Assembly: GCF_001194135.2 (NCBI RefSeq)
Contig: NC_068996.1
Span: forward strand, 2,383,462 to 2,447,461
Direction of reading: 5' to 3'
DNA length: 64,000 nucleotides
Source of the DNA: Octopus bimaculoides
Taxonomy: Eukaryota
Shown here: positions 1 through 11,436 of the stretch, in pieces
Numbering within the stretch: position 1 is the first letter of the stretch
Layout: the number at the start of each line of letters is the position of its first letter
The notes under the pieces: model-generated
Database searches by the model: none
Seen by the model: the letters and a program-made list of their open reading frames with translations, nothing else
Told to the model about the DNA's origin: nothing
Position numbers and translations under genes: made by a program

Positions 1-47
<47 letters not shown>

Positions 48-52
48 CTATC

Positions 53-117
<65 letters not shown>

Positions 118-121
118 AATC

Positions 122-204
<83 letters not shown>

Positions 205-205
205 A
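1..205. repeat. (CAT)n trinucleotide microsatellite
   Basis: Near-pure CAT array from base 1 with a few CAC/CTA/AAT variants. Confidence 0.97.
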
Positions 206-339
206 ACAGACATAGTTTGCTTTTTCCCCCCTTTTTGTTTTGTTGTTGTTGTTATTATTATTATTATTATTATTATCAGTAGTAAGCCGAAGCTTCTGCT
301 TTGGGTGTAAATATTTATCTTCAGGCAAAACAAGAATAT

Positions 340-479
340 ATATATGCATATGTGTGTGTATGTGTATGTATATATGTGTGTGTGTATAAATATATATGCG
401 TGCATGTATGTGTGTATATGTATGTGTGTGTGTACATATATATATACATATATGCACATAATGACAGACATACATACAC

Positions 480-539
<60 letters not shown>

Positions 540-620
540 GTATGCATGTATGTATGCATGTATGTATGTATGAATGTATATGTATGTATGTATGTATGTA
601 TGTCGGTTTTTATGCATGTA
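340..620. repeat. Compound (TA)n/(TG)n/(TATG)n microsatellite
   Basis: Direct reading; explains the YI/CV-rich ORFs at 301-635. Confidence 0.95.
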
Positions 621-1389
621 TATAAATAAATTCATGAGTATCCACGTGTATATAAGAGTTGAATAGTGTATTTATACACGTACATTAAATGTAATGTATG
701 CTGTAGTAACGCATACACACCCGTACGAATTCATACAAACATATCTTGGTGATTAAAACGTATTCTACCATTGTATTTAACAAACATACATACATATACA
801 CATTCCTCTCTCTCACTCCGTCTCTTCCTCTCCCTTCTCGCTCTCCCTCCCTCTCTCTCAGATAATATGTGAGGTAAAGGAGTGAAATGGAGAGAGGGAG
901 TGGGAGATTGACAAGGAAAAACCGATACACGTACACAGTTGCTAACACACATACCCACACAGGCCGCAACGGAGGCATAGAAGCACATCACACAGAGACG
1001 CAGTTTCATTCGTACAAGTATACACACGAACACACGCACATATAAACGCGCGCGTATATACATTTATACACACACACACATACAGAGGCACGCACTCTCT
1101 CTCTCTTTCTTTCTCTCTCTCTCTCTCTCACACACACATACTTACACAAACTAATAATGATACACAATAGCACACATGCAATATCTCAACCTGCCAGCCG
1201 CTCGCACCTGAACAGAATCTGCAACACGCACCTTGCAATCAGTCGATGTGTCAGATGGGTATTTAATTGAACACCCGTCTTATCAGTGAAACTTACTACC
1301 ACAGCTTCAGGACATAACCCTGACAAAATGTGCTCTCTGTCTCTCTCTCTCTCTTTCTCTCTCTCTCTTTCTCTCTCTCTCTCACTTTC

Positions 1390-1940
1390 NNNNNNNNNNN
1401 NNNNNNNNNNNNNNNNNNNNNNNNNNNNNNNNNNNNNNNNNNNNNNNNNNNNNNNNNNNNNNNNNNNNNNNNNNNNNNNNNNNNNNNNNNNNNNNNNNNN
1501 NNNNNNNNNNNNNNNNNNNNNNNNNNNNNNNNNNNNNNNNNNNNNNNNNNNNNNNNNNNNNNNNNNNNNNNNNNNNNNNNNNNNNNNNNNNNNNNNNNNN
1601 NNNNNNNNNNNNNNNNNNNNNNNNNNNNNNNNNNNNNNNNNNNNNNNNNNNNNNNNNNNNNNNNNNNNNNNNNNNNNNNNNNNNNNNNNNNNNNNNNNNN
1701 NNNNNNNNNNNNNNNNNNNNNNNNNNNNNNNNNNNNNNNNNNNNNNNNNNNNNNNNNNNNNNNNNNNNNNNNNNNNNNNNNNNNNNNNNNNNNNNNNNNN
1801 NNNNNNNNNNNNNNNNNNNNNNNNNNNNNNNNNNNNNNNNNNNNNNNNNNNNNNNNNNNNNNNNNNNNNNNNNNNNNNNNNNNNNNNNNNNNNNNNNNNN
1901 NNNNNNNNNNNNNNNNNNNNNNNNNNNNNNNNNNNNNNNN
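1390..1940. other. Assembly gap. Other gaps: 3262-3361, 8810-9528, 11100-11199, 20789-20973, 26406-27220, 40861-40960, 50489-50580, 52981-53174, 61930-62258
   Basis: Runs of N, mostly flanked by (TA)n, (CT)n or (AGC)n. Confidence 0.99.
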
Positions 1941-1973
<33 letters not shown>

Positions 1974-2063
1974 AGAAGAAGAAGAAGAAGAAGAAGAAGA
2001 AGAAGAAGAAGAAGAAGAAGAAGAAGAAGAAGAAGAAGAAGAAGAAGAAGAAGAAGAAGAAGA
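1941..2063. repeat. Compound (AGC)9(AGA)~32 microsatellite
   Basis: Direct reading; source of the polyQ/K/E/A/F ORFs. Confidence 0.97.
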
Positions 2064-2692
2064 CTAGACTATGTGACAACAGTATTGAAACCGTCGACCA
2101 CACTGCGGCTGGATGTTCTAAACTCACAGTAACCGAGTACAAAACCAAATATGACAGAATATGACAAATATGACAAATACTGGAACACTGGAACGTCTGT
2201 CGTTATTCTGTTTTTCGATTTCATAAACACTGGTCTCGAAGCTAGTCTCAGAGGGTAATAAAGCTACTATTCTATAGGACGTTACCTTCCATACTGTCAG
2301 ACAGGTAAACTTCGATGGACCAGATATTATCAGCGACCATCGATAAAATGCCTTCTGTCTATTAGATATAACAGTACCAGTTCATGGAAATATCTCAAAG
2401 AATTCGAAAACTTAGTTCAATACAAGGACCTAGAGATAGAGTCAGCAGAATGGGAAAACTAGAAACAATTTCTCTATGGTTAAAAAAAAGTCCTTCAATC
2501 TTCAGTTATAAGACCCCTGGAAAATCAAATACACATGATGCCCAAAAGATTACACTAATCTCAACAGCCCATCTCGTCAGAATATTCTTATCGTTATAAC
2601 ATAGTTACTGGCCTTAGGTCTCAGATAGAGATTCGGTTAGTAACTAAAATGCACCTAAATCAGGTTAAAATATAAAATATAATGATAATAAT
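2062..2692 (+). mobile_element. 5'-truncated R4/Dong-clade non-LTR retrotransposon (decayed zinc knuckle, restriction-like endonuclease, 3' UTR)
   Basis: (C)RLCDNSIETVDHTAAGC knuckle at ~2062-2115, GPDII...LLDITVP near 2317-2380, QYKDLEIE at ~2418-2441 and terminal QKITLISTAHLVRIFLSL*, across stops and frameshifts; ends in ATAATAAT. Confidence 0.85.
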
Positions 2693-2724
2693 CTTTTCTT
2701 TTGTAGACATAATGCCTGAAATTT

Positions 2725-2860
2725 GTGGAGAGGTGGGGTGATCGATTACATCGATTACATCGATCACAGCGCTCAACTGGTACTTATTTCATCGACCTCT
2801 AAAGGAAGAAAAATAAAGTCAACCTCAGCGGAATTTGAACTCAGAACACAGAGACAGATG
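2725..2860 (-). mobile_element. tRNA-derived SINE family 2, partial
   Basis: Reverse complement aligns to the full copy at 56024-56258 (TTCTGAGTTCAAATTCCGCTGAGGTTGACTT...GGTCGATGAAATAAGTACCAGT). Confidence 0.8.
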
Positions 2861-3496
2861 AAATGTGTGAAACGAGATAACAAACAAGGCCAAATAACAA
2901 ACAAGAAACAAGTGAAGGATTTACATTGAGTAAAAGAGTAAGATTAACAATTATAATACAGTTATATTAATAGTTAAGTAATAATATATAGTAATAACAA
3001 TATAGAACAATATAACAAGAGAGGATCACCATCATAGAGCGGGTCAATCACCCAGAATGATAGAGGTCAACGCATGCATACGCACACACGGGCAATTCCA
3101 GTTTGCTCTGATACCCCAAAATTACTATCTTCTTCCAGTTGTTCTTGCAAGCCTATGCACACACACACACACATTCATACATACATACATACATACATAT
3201 ATATATGTATATATATATATGTATGTGTGTGTGTGTGTGCGTGTGTGTATATATATATATANNNNNNNNNNNNNNNNNNNNNNNNNNNNNNNNNNNNNNN
3301 NNNNNNNNNNNNNNNNNNNNNNNNNNNNNNNNNNNNNNNNNNNNNNNNNNNNNNNNNNNNNATATATATATATATGTATATGTGTGTGTATATATATGTA
3401 TATATATGTATCTATGTGAATGTATATGTGTTTAGATGTATGCATGTATATATATGTCCATATGCACACCTGCACATCCTTACATACACATCAGTC

Positions 3497-3640
3497 GACA
3501 ACTGATGAAGAATCCTTTCTCTGTGTTTACTTGTCCTGTTTTCCATTTTTTCTTGTTGTTTACATAATTCACTCATTTTTCTCTTGTTTATGCATTTCAT
3601 GTTATTTTTACCGTTAGTGACATCCTGTACCCATATATGC

Positions 3641-3650
<10 letters not shown>
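3497..3650 (+). mobile_element. Penelope-like 'CTGATGAAG' repeat family, diverged copy
   Basis: CTGATGAAG...TTCTCTGTG...CCTGTACCC...ATATGCA layout shared with 11560-11773, 27221-27520 and 63115-63352; flanked by (TA)n. Confidence 0.5.
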
Positions 3651-3714
<64 letters not shown>

Positions 3715-4459
3715 GTATGCATATATGTGTATGTATATACGTGTATATATGCATATATGTGTATGTATATATATATATATATGTGTATGTACATATGTTT
3801 ATATGTATGTGTATGTATATATGTTGATATGTATGTGTATGTATATATGTTTATATATATGTGTATGTATATATGTTTATATATATGTATATGTATATAT
3901 GTGTATATATATGTATATGTGTATGTATATATGTGCATGTATATATATGTTTATATATGTATATATACAATACTCATTAGCTTGGTCAATAATAGCAGAG
4001 GCACCCTCGTTGCAGCACAATTATGCATATATGTAAATTGTGTATTAGGGAGTCCATGAATATTCTTCATCGACATGAGACTACATCATTAAATAAATTC
4101 TTGGATGCTATTTTTTCCTGTAACCATAAATGCCCTTCACCATTTTAGTATTTTGATAAACCTATATAAATTAATCATTTCATTTTTAATATCTATATTT
4201 TCAATTAATTTCTATACTCCTGCCTTCTTGTAATGTCATTATTTCATATAGTTGGCTATAAAAGCCTTACACAGATGGGACAAAGAAGGGCAAACAAACA
4301 TGGAGGGTGATGAAGTTGCTTTGTGATGAATGAAAATGTTGTGGATGATAATATAAAAATGTCATGCGGTTAAAATTTTTTTGTTTTCTTAAATTTCAAA
4401 TTTAAGTGTTTGATAATCAATTTTAATTGCAAATTTTGCAACGTATACAACCGAAGGAA

Positions 4460-4916
4460 AGGCATCCAGCTGCTAGGTTTGAACCTTTATTTTTCTGTCT
4501 GGCCCCACTTACCTGGTTTCAGTCACTCGCAGCAAGTTCACTACTGGCTTCCATCTTTTCGCGAACATATCCTGTAACAGGTATCTCTTCTCCAGCCTGA
4601 TCTTACTATCGAGGTGGTAACTAAAAAAGTTAACCAACCCCTGGCCCGAGACGAAGGTACCCATCACTATACGTCTTACATGCATCTTCCATACTATTTC
4701 TTTCAGTATGGATACTACGCAGAAAAAACGAGCCTTTCTTTCTCTGTTAAAAGAAGGAGGTGGCACAGTCTTGATGATAGACTCAGCCGATAGCTGTACT
4801 CTTCCTATCGTTGACAATAGTTGCTCAACAAAAGCTATCAGGTCAGGTGACAGGTGATGACAGATGCTATGAATATGTGTGCCACGTCCACCTCCCCTAG
4901 CAAAGATAATGCCCAC
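4460..4916 (-). mobile_element. Tx1/L1-clade LINE, ORF2 C-terminal fragment
   Basis: ORF 4509-4916 (QLSAESIIKTVPPPSFNRE..FFCVVSILKEIVW..TFVSGQGLVNFFSYHLDSKIRLEKRYL..KRW) resembles Tx1 ORF2 ends and is homologous to 10740-11099. Confidence 0.7.
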
Positions 4917-5109
4917 CCAGACAAGGTCTGGGTTAGGTCTAATTTCATATTGACCAATTATTACCTGCTTAACATTTCTAACATTCTCTAACTCACATTT
5001 CCCATAATTTCTGTTATAATATTTCCTGTTAACAACTGCTCCACCCTATATAACTAAATCTCATCTACTCAGTACAACATTGCATGAAATTTGAATCTTG
5101 AATAATATA

Positions 5110-5199
5110 CTCTCTGATGAAGGAGGCAGTGTCCAATGTTTGGAGCGAAAATACCCTTAAAATCCATGGATTACTGTGCCGCAGAAATGGCTGTAAGAG
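5110..5199 (+). ncRNA. Type I hammerhead-ribozyme-like motif
   Basis: CTCT-CTGATGA-A-[stem II]-A-GAAA-TGGCTG-TA-AGAG: 4-bp stem I, intact core, palindromic stem III, GUA site at 5193-5195. Confidence 0.55.
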
Positions 5200-5760
5200 G
5201 ATTACCACCAACAGTTTTACTTAAACAAAATTAATTATTCTCTTGGATTATTTACATGTTTTCTGAAAAATCCAACCTCAGTGCTATGATGTATTTTATT
5301 CGCTCTTCGGAAGACTTCATTTTATTCACCTTTTTGTAAGGGCATACTTTTATTCTTAATAATTTTTACAACGCCACTCTAATCTAATTTCACTTATTTG
5401 TTTATGTTGGTATATTAGGTTTTTATATATTTTTGTATTCATGAACTTTTAATATGTTTTGATATTTTAATGACTGATACAGTGGTACATTTTGAAGACT
5501 GATATGTATCGATCTATGGCAGAATATATGCATATTTAAATTGTTGAACCTATCTGAAATTCTCCTGAACATTGTTTTATACCTTTGCATCCTGAGTCTT
5601 TTATCTGAGCACTTCTGAGTTGCATCTGTACAATAAAGAAAGGAACTTTACTACATAGTAAGTTTTTTTTATATAAATAAGGATAAGATTGTTATTTAAA
5701 ATGCTGATCATATCAAGTGGCCAGCATCAAAATAAAAACCTTATAGGTATTATTATTAAA

Positions 5761-6018
5761 ATTATAATTAAAGGTATCTAGGAGATACCACCATGCTAGA
5801 GATAGCAATCAAAACTTGACTCTAAAACCTATTATTACCTGCTTAACGTTAAACCGGTAGTGTATATATGTACATATATATTTATGTATATGTGCGTATA
5901 TGTAAGTATTCGTATGCTGTATGTGTGTGTATATATATATATATATAACATTATAATTAAGGGTATCTAAGAGATACCACCATGCTAGATATAGCAGCCA
6001 AAATTTGACTCTAAAACC
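5761..6018 (+). repeat. 69-bp direct duplication (5761-5829 and 5950-6018)
   Basis: ATTATAATTAA...GACTCTAAAACC twice, 6 mismatches by manual alignment. Confidence 0.9.
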
Positions 6019-6092
6019 ACATTAAATGTTCATACAGCACCAGGAGAGAAGACAAAGAGACAAAATAAACTAGCAAAAAAAATTATTGGATA

Positions 6093-6151
6093 ATTCCAGA
6101 TCCCGGATTTCTGGCTCTGCATAAGAAATGCTTTGCCTTCGTCAGCGGAAT
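6093..6151 (-). ncRNA. Type I hammerhead-ribozyme-like motif
   Basis: Minus strand ATTCCG-CTGACGA-A-GGC-AAA-GCAT-TTCTT-ATGC-AGA-GCC-A-GAAA-TCCGGGA-TC-TGGAAT: 6-bp stem I, intact core, extended stem II, palindromic stem III, AUC site. Confidence 0.7.
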
Positions 6152-6549
6152 ATACATGAGGGCATACATATCTCTGTCAAATGGTACACATTTTCCCCCA
6201 ATAATATCCTGATGACACTCACTGCTGAAATCAGTGTGTTTGTTTTCAATAAACCATTTTTGTTTTAAATTTAGATGTGTAAACAAATTTGTAGTATGAA
6301 GATTAATGTTGAAAGTAGGAAATTTGTTAGAGAAGAATTTGGCTGAATATCAATCAGCTAGAATCTATAGAAGCTCTATTGTTGTCCCCAGAGATTCCTT
6401 TCATTGTACTTTAGAACATTATATAGTTTCTTGAGAGAGAAAGAGAGAGAAGGGAGGTTGTGGAGGAGAGAAAATCAAGTACTGTATACTTCAAGATGAG
6501 TAGGTATATAGAAGCGCTTAAGATATTTTTTAATTATCTTCAGTTTAAT

Positions 6550-7560
6550 GACTAATGTTTTACACATAAATTAGAAGCCAAGGTAGATGTTGAATAGATC
6601 TTGAGTTCAAACTGTTGCAGAAATTCTGTTGTATATTTGGGAGTTACTTTATGTTATTGCATTGGTTCATTTTTTACTTGACATTAATCACCAACACAAC
6701 TTCTGTAGTACCAAATCTATTTGAGACCTCATTCTCTATGTCATGTACTCCAGTTTTCTCTTGTCTTTGAGGAATTTTTAGGAAAAGTAGACGTTGGCAA
6801 GGCTTTCATCTAGTTCTATATTTTACCTTTTAGATTTTTAGATTAAATTTCTTTTTTGATAGGACTCTCTTTTCTATTATTCTATTATTTGGTGTTTCTC
6901 AAGGTTTGGTTATACCTTTTTGACTCTTTCTTCATATCAGTAACCTGTTGGCTATTACTTCTAACTAGATATACACTTCTACAGTTGATTATATCCTTCA
7001 CACATGGTACAAATCATAATCAATGCTTGGTTTGTATGACCTTTATGAAAAGGAGCCTAGAAAAAATTCTCCAATTTAGACTGCTCCAGCATGGCCACAG
7101 TCAAATGACTGAAAAAAAAAAAGAATCACTGTACATACCAAACAATTATACCTTCACAACCAACACATAGCTAATATCCTCACTTGATGCCATAATCAGT
7201 CATTTACATTTGCAAATCTATAATTAAAACTGGTTTCCAAAACTAGTTCACAATGGTTTGGCTTTGAAAATTGGAAAGAATGATGGCAGTGATGTTGCTA
7301 TTGTATTCCCTGCTGGCCCTTTCTGGACAGACCTAAATTGAACTCTTGTAATTTTCCTGTGTGTAAATAAACCAAGACTACATTATCCACCGCATCCTTT
7401 TCTATGACAATAGTGCATGATTTGAATATTTGGCTGCTATTTCTAAAATGGTAAACAACTACATAGAATTCTCTCATTGGCTTGTAAAAAAATGATGTGG
7501 ACATATTGTGTGAATTGTGTGTGAATGAGCACTGGGATAGCAATGTGATGGTCTGCAGGC
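6550..7560 (-). mobile_element. Possible highly decayed LINE reverse transcriptase remnant (CR1- or L1-like)
   Basis: Only weak motif echoes (LSQCSF..., KDAVDNVVLVYL in ORF 7298-7543). Confidence 0.25.
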
Positions 7561-9530
7561 AACAGTAAAGTTAAATACAATAAAAATAGCCAGTTCAACT
7601 GCAGTGGACGGGAATCCTATTCAGGAATGTAGTTTTATTTAATTATTTTAATGTAAGAAACTAGTGCTTTGACTCTTTGAAGGACCTCAAAACATAAGTG
7701 GCATTTGCAGTCTTTAATTTAATGCATCAGGAAAAAGTACCTGGTCATCTGAGAAGAAAATAGAGCAAACATAACATCACTGACATGGGTACCCCAGCAG
7801 CACTTACATTCTAGACTACAAAAAGAAAGAAAAAGATGTCTGTCTGAACGGTGAAATTTGACTATACATTACAACAACTAGTTATCTCATGTTCCATTGA
7901 TATATTCTCTCTTCTTTTCTCTATTTAAAATTACATTTTTATTTAAGGTTAGAACTGTTAGAATAAGTTCCACTAATATCTGACAGGATTACTTCAACTG
8001 GCCATACAGCCTCCCACCATCACTCATTTTAGAATTAGTCTTTAGCCCATGAGGGTGTTTCTGTGTGGTTGCTTCATGTGCTTAAATTTCTTTCATATAA
8101 TACATATCATTTTATAAAAAAAGGAAAAATCTAAAATGTGTAATTGGGTAATGTAATCATGGAAACAGACTAAATCGAATGCTGGTATTTCTTTGATTAT
8201 AGGCCTGCTATATTAGGACTGACCAAGGGCTAAAATCAAAAGTGGTGATGTACTTACATTAAACAACCATAGATTCAGTTCTTAACCCGAGTAATCCATA
8301 TTTGCACTCCTATCTATCCCACGTGAACCTGAAAACATGCAATGGTTGTAATGCCAACCAAACACACATACACATCATGTTTTAGTTTTTCTTTGTATAC
8401 TACATTAGGAAACATGTCTAACTACAAAAGCACAGATAAAGGAGATATACTTTAATAACAGTAAAAACATTCAGAAAGATCTCTTGAAGGCTGTCTTGAG
8501 ACCATCAGTCTTGAAGATTGATTGACAGTTGAGAGATCTTAATCTCAACAGAAGATTGAAGATCAAAGTGAGTTTGAAATTCTTCAAGACTTAGGAAGAC
8601 TTGAAGTAGAAACTTTTGGAATTAGGGAAAAAGGTGTGCTTGTATGTTTTTGCATTTGTGTGTGTGTGTGGGAGGGGAGGGTGTGGTGTATGTGTGGAGG
8701 AGGCATGTAAATCTGGTCTAGCAAGGGCTTCTTGTCATGCTTGGCTTTTTTTGTGTCTTATGAAGTTATGCCAAAGATGTAAGAATATATATATGTGTGT
8801 GTATATATANNNNNNNNNNNNNNNNNNNNNNNNNNNNNNNNNNNNNNNNNNNNNNNNNNNNNNNNNNNNNNNNNNNNNNNNNNNNNNNNNNNNNNNNNNN
8901 NNNNNNNNNNNNNNNNNNNNNNNNNNNNNNNNNNNNNNNNNNNNNNNNNNNNNNNNNNNNNNNNNNNNNNNNNNNNNNNNNNNNNNNNNNNNNNNNNNNN
9001 NNNNNNNNNNNNNNNNNNNNNNNNNNNNNNNNNNNNNNNNNNNNNNNNNNNNNNNNNNNNNNNNNNNNNNNNNNNNNNNNNNNNNNNNNNNNNNNNNNNN
9101 NNNNNNNNNNNNNNNNNNNNNNNNNNNNNNNNNNNNNNNNNNNNNNNNNNNNNNNNNNNNNNNNNNNNNNNNNNNNNNNNNNNNNNNNNNNNNNNNNNNN
9201 NNNNNNNNNNNNNNNNNNNNNNNNNNNNNNNNNNNNNNNNNNNNNNNNNNNNNNNNNNNNNNNNNNNNNNNNNNNNNNNNNNNNNNNNNNNNNNNNNNNN
9301 NNNNNNNNNNNNNNNNNNNNNNNNNNNNNNNNNNNNNNNNNNNNNNNNNNNNNNNNNNNNNNNNNNNNNNNNNNNNNNNNNNNNNNNNNNNNNNNNNNNN
9401 NNNNNNNNNNNNNNNNNNNNNNNNNNNNNNNNNNNNNNNNNNNNNNNNNNNNNNNNNNNNNNNNNNNNNNNNNNNNNNNNNNNNNNNNNNNNNNNNNNNN
9501 NNNNNNNNNNNNNNNNNNNNNNNNNNNNCA

Positions 9531-9585
<55 letters not shown>

Positions 9586-10739
9586 TCATAAACACATATA
9601 TATGAAATATTTGGCATATAACAAATATCTGAAGAATTGATGTTGGTGTGTACTTTTCATGTTTATTTAAATATAGAAACACTCTCCTCATTGACTTCCA
9701 TGTACACCCAGTCACATATCATAGGATTGTGTTTGTGCGTGTGTGTATGTACATTTATATTCACTAGATTTTGTACACTGACATACATAAATAACTGCAT
9801 ACTTGTATACATAGTTGTGTATTCTTCCTTATATATTCAAACTAATACCTTTATATTCACATCAAATATACATACTCGTACACAGTATTATAATCCCAGA
9901 AATACAAGCACGCGGACAGAAACTTGGTGAAAGGAGTTTTTGTTGATTAAGTCTCAGTACTCAGACTGCTACTTTATTTCGTCAGTCTCAGAAGAATGGA
10001 AATTAAATTTGACACGGATGAGACATGAACCTAGAATACAAACTCCACAGGTCATTTCTGTTGAAATAATGATGATGATGGTGGTGATGGTGCTGGTGGC
10101 AATTTAAAATTTTGACACACAAGGCCTGCAATTTTGAAAAGGAAAGGTTTGTTGATACTAATGGTTTCAATACTTGACTGGTAGTTTGCTTTCCCTGTCA
10201 GATAATAATAATAATTATAACTAAAGGCTACATATTTAGGAGGCAAGTTGTGGCTATATACATTCATCATGTTTGTGACTGGTATTGATATTTTGTTGAC
10301 CACATAATGACGAGAAGCAATCTGGATTGTAGTGAGATTTGAATTGGTATGTAATTGTAATACTCATAATAGTGCTGACTAATAATGTCTTATATAAACA
10401 CAAGACCACAGATGTTTAAGAAATGGGGATTTCCTTGTCCTTGGAAGGAGGAAAGGCAAAGTTAACTTTTGTAGGATGTGAACTACAAATGTACAGAGTG
10501 AGGAAGGTATACTGTAAAACATTTTGTTTAACTTGCTATCATTTCTGACAATAACAATGGTAATAATAATTTCTTTCATTTGCCACAGGGACATCAGATG
10601 AAAGGGGTTACTGTCTGTGTAGGGATTTACATAAAATGATGAGAAGGAAGGGAAGGAAGAAGATTAAAAGTATTTATTCAAAGTGTTCATTCACTAAATG
10701 TGTGAACACATGGGTAATGCAGTTTTCTTGAAGTAGGAG

Positions 10740-11099
10740 AACTTCTAGCTAAGGCCAATCAAGAAGCCACACAAGTCCAGGATCACCTTAATCACCAAGG
10801 ACACATGCCCTCAGCCAACTTGTTCTCTGATCTACATGTGTATGTTAGTAGTAGTTCCATTCATCCTAACCATTTTTATCATAGTCCCCTCCTTCTGACA
10901 AGTTCACTGGGGTAGAGCACTTCTCTTCTCCACCCCAACTTTCCTTTCTAAGCGGAGCCTAAAAAGGAGTTGAAAAGGGCTTCACTGAAGAGGAAGGTGT
11001 CTATCTGCAATCTTTTCAGCCTTGTCCACTGCACAGCCCCTTTTGTCATAGCTACAAAGCAAAGCAATACTGGCTGCCCAGTTTAAGTAGATGATCCCC
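10740..11099 (-). mobile_element. Tx1/L1-clade LINE 3' fragment
   Basis: Minus translation LCFVAMTKGAVQWTRLKRLQIDTFLFSEALFNSF...WRREVLYPSELV is homologous to 4509-4916; runs into a gap. Confidence 0.7.
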
Positions 11100-11436
11100 N
11101 NNNNNNNNNNNNNNNNNNNNNNNNNNNNNNNNNNNNNNNNNNNNNNNNNNNNNNNNNNNNNNNNNNNNNNNNNNNNNNNNNNNNNNNNNNNNNNNNNNNC
11201 TACATTCTTTTTATTTATTTTTTAAAAATTTTACCACTTTGTTGATTTGTTTTGACTTTTCTAATTACATTATTGCATACACAAATAACCACTGATCAAT
11301 TTTACCAGATGGAAAGAGGAGGGTATCATCAGGATCAAGAGATGATGCCATATGGTGTCAGGAAGTGACAAGGAGACAACAAGAAAGTCTCCTTGTCTAC
11401 ATTTAAAAAAAAAAAAATATATATATATATATATAA

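Noticed and set aside
301-1063. ORFs rich in YI/CV/HT repeats (also 3057-4059, 22571-22858, 59660-60364 and others)
   Set aside because: Translations of (TA)n, (TG)n and (CA)n microsatellites.
1186-2164. Long ORFs of 245-387 aa (also 8616-9715, 26190-27364)
   Set aside because: Their length comes from N-runs and triplet repeats.
5114-6151. Treating the two hammerheads as LTRs of one element
   Set aside because: They are on opposite strands and share no sequence beyond the core.
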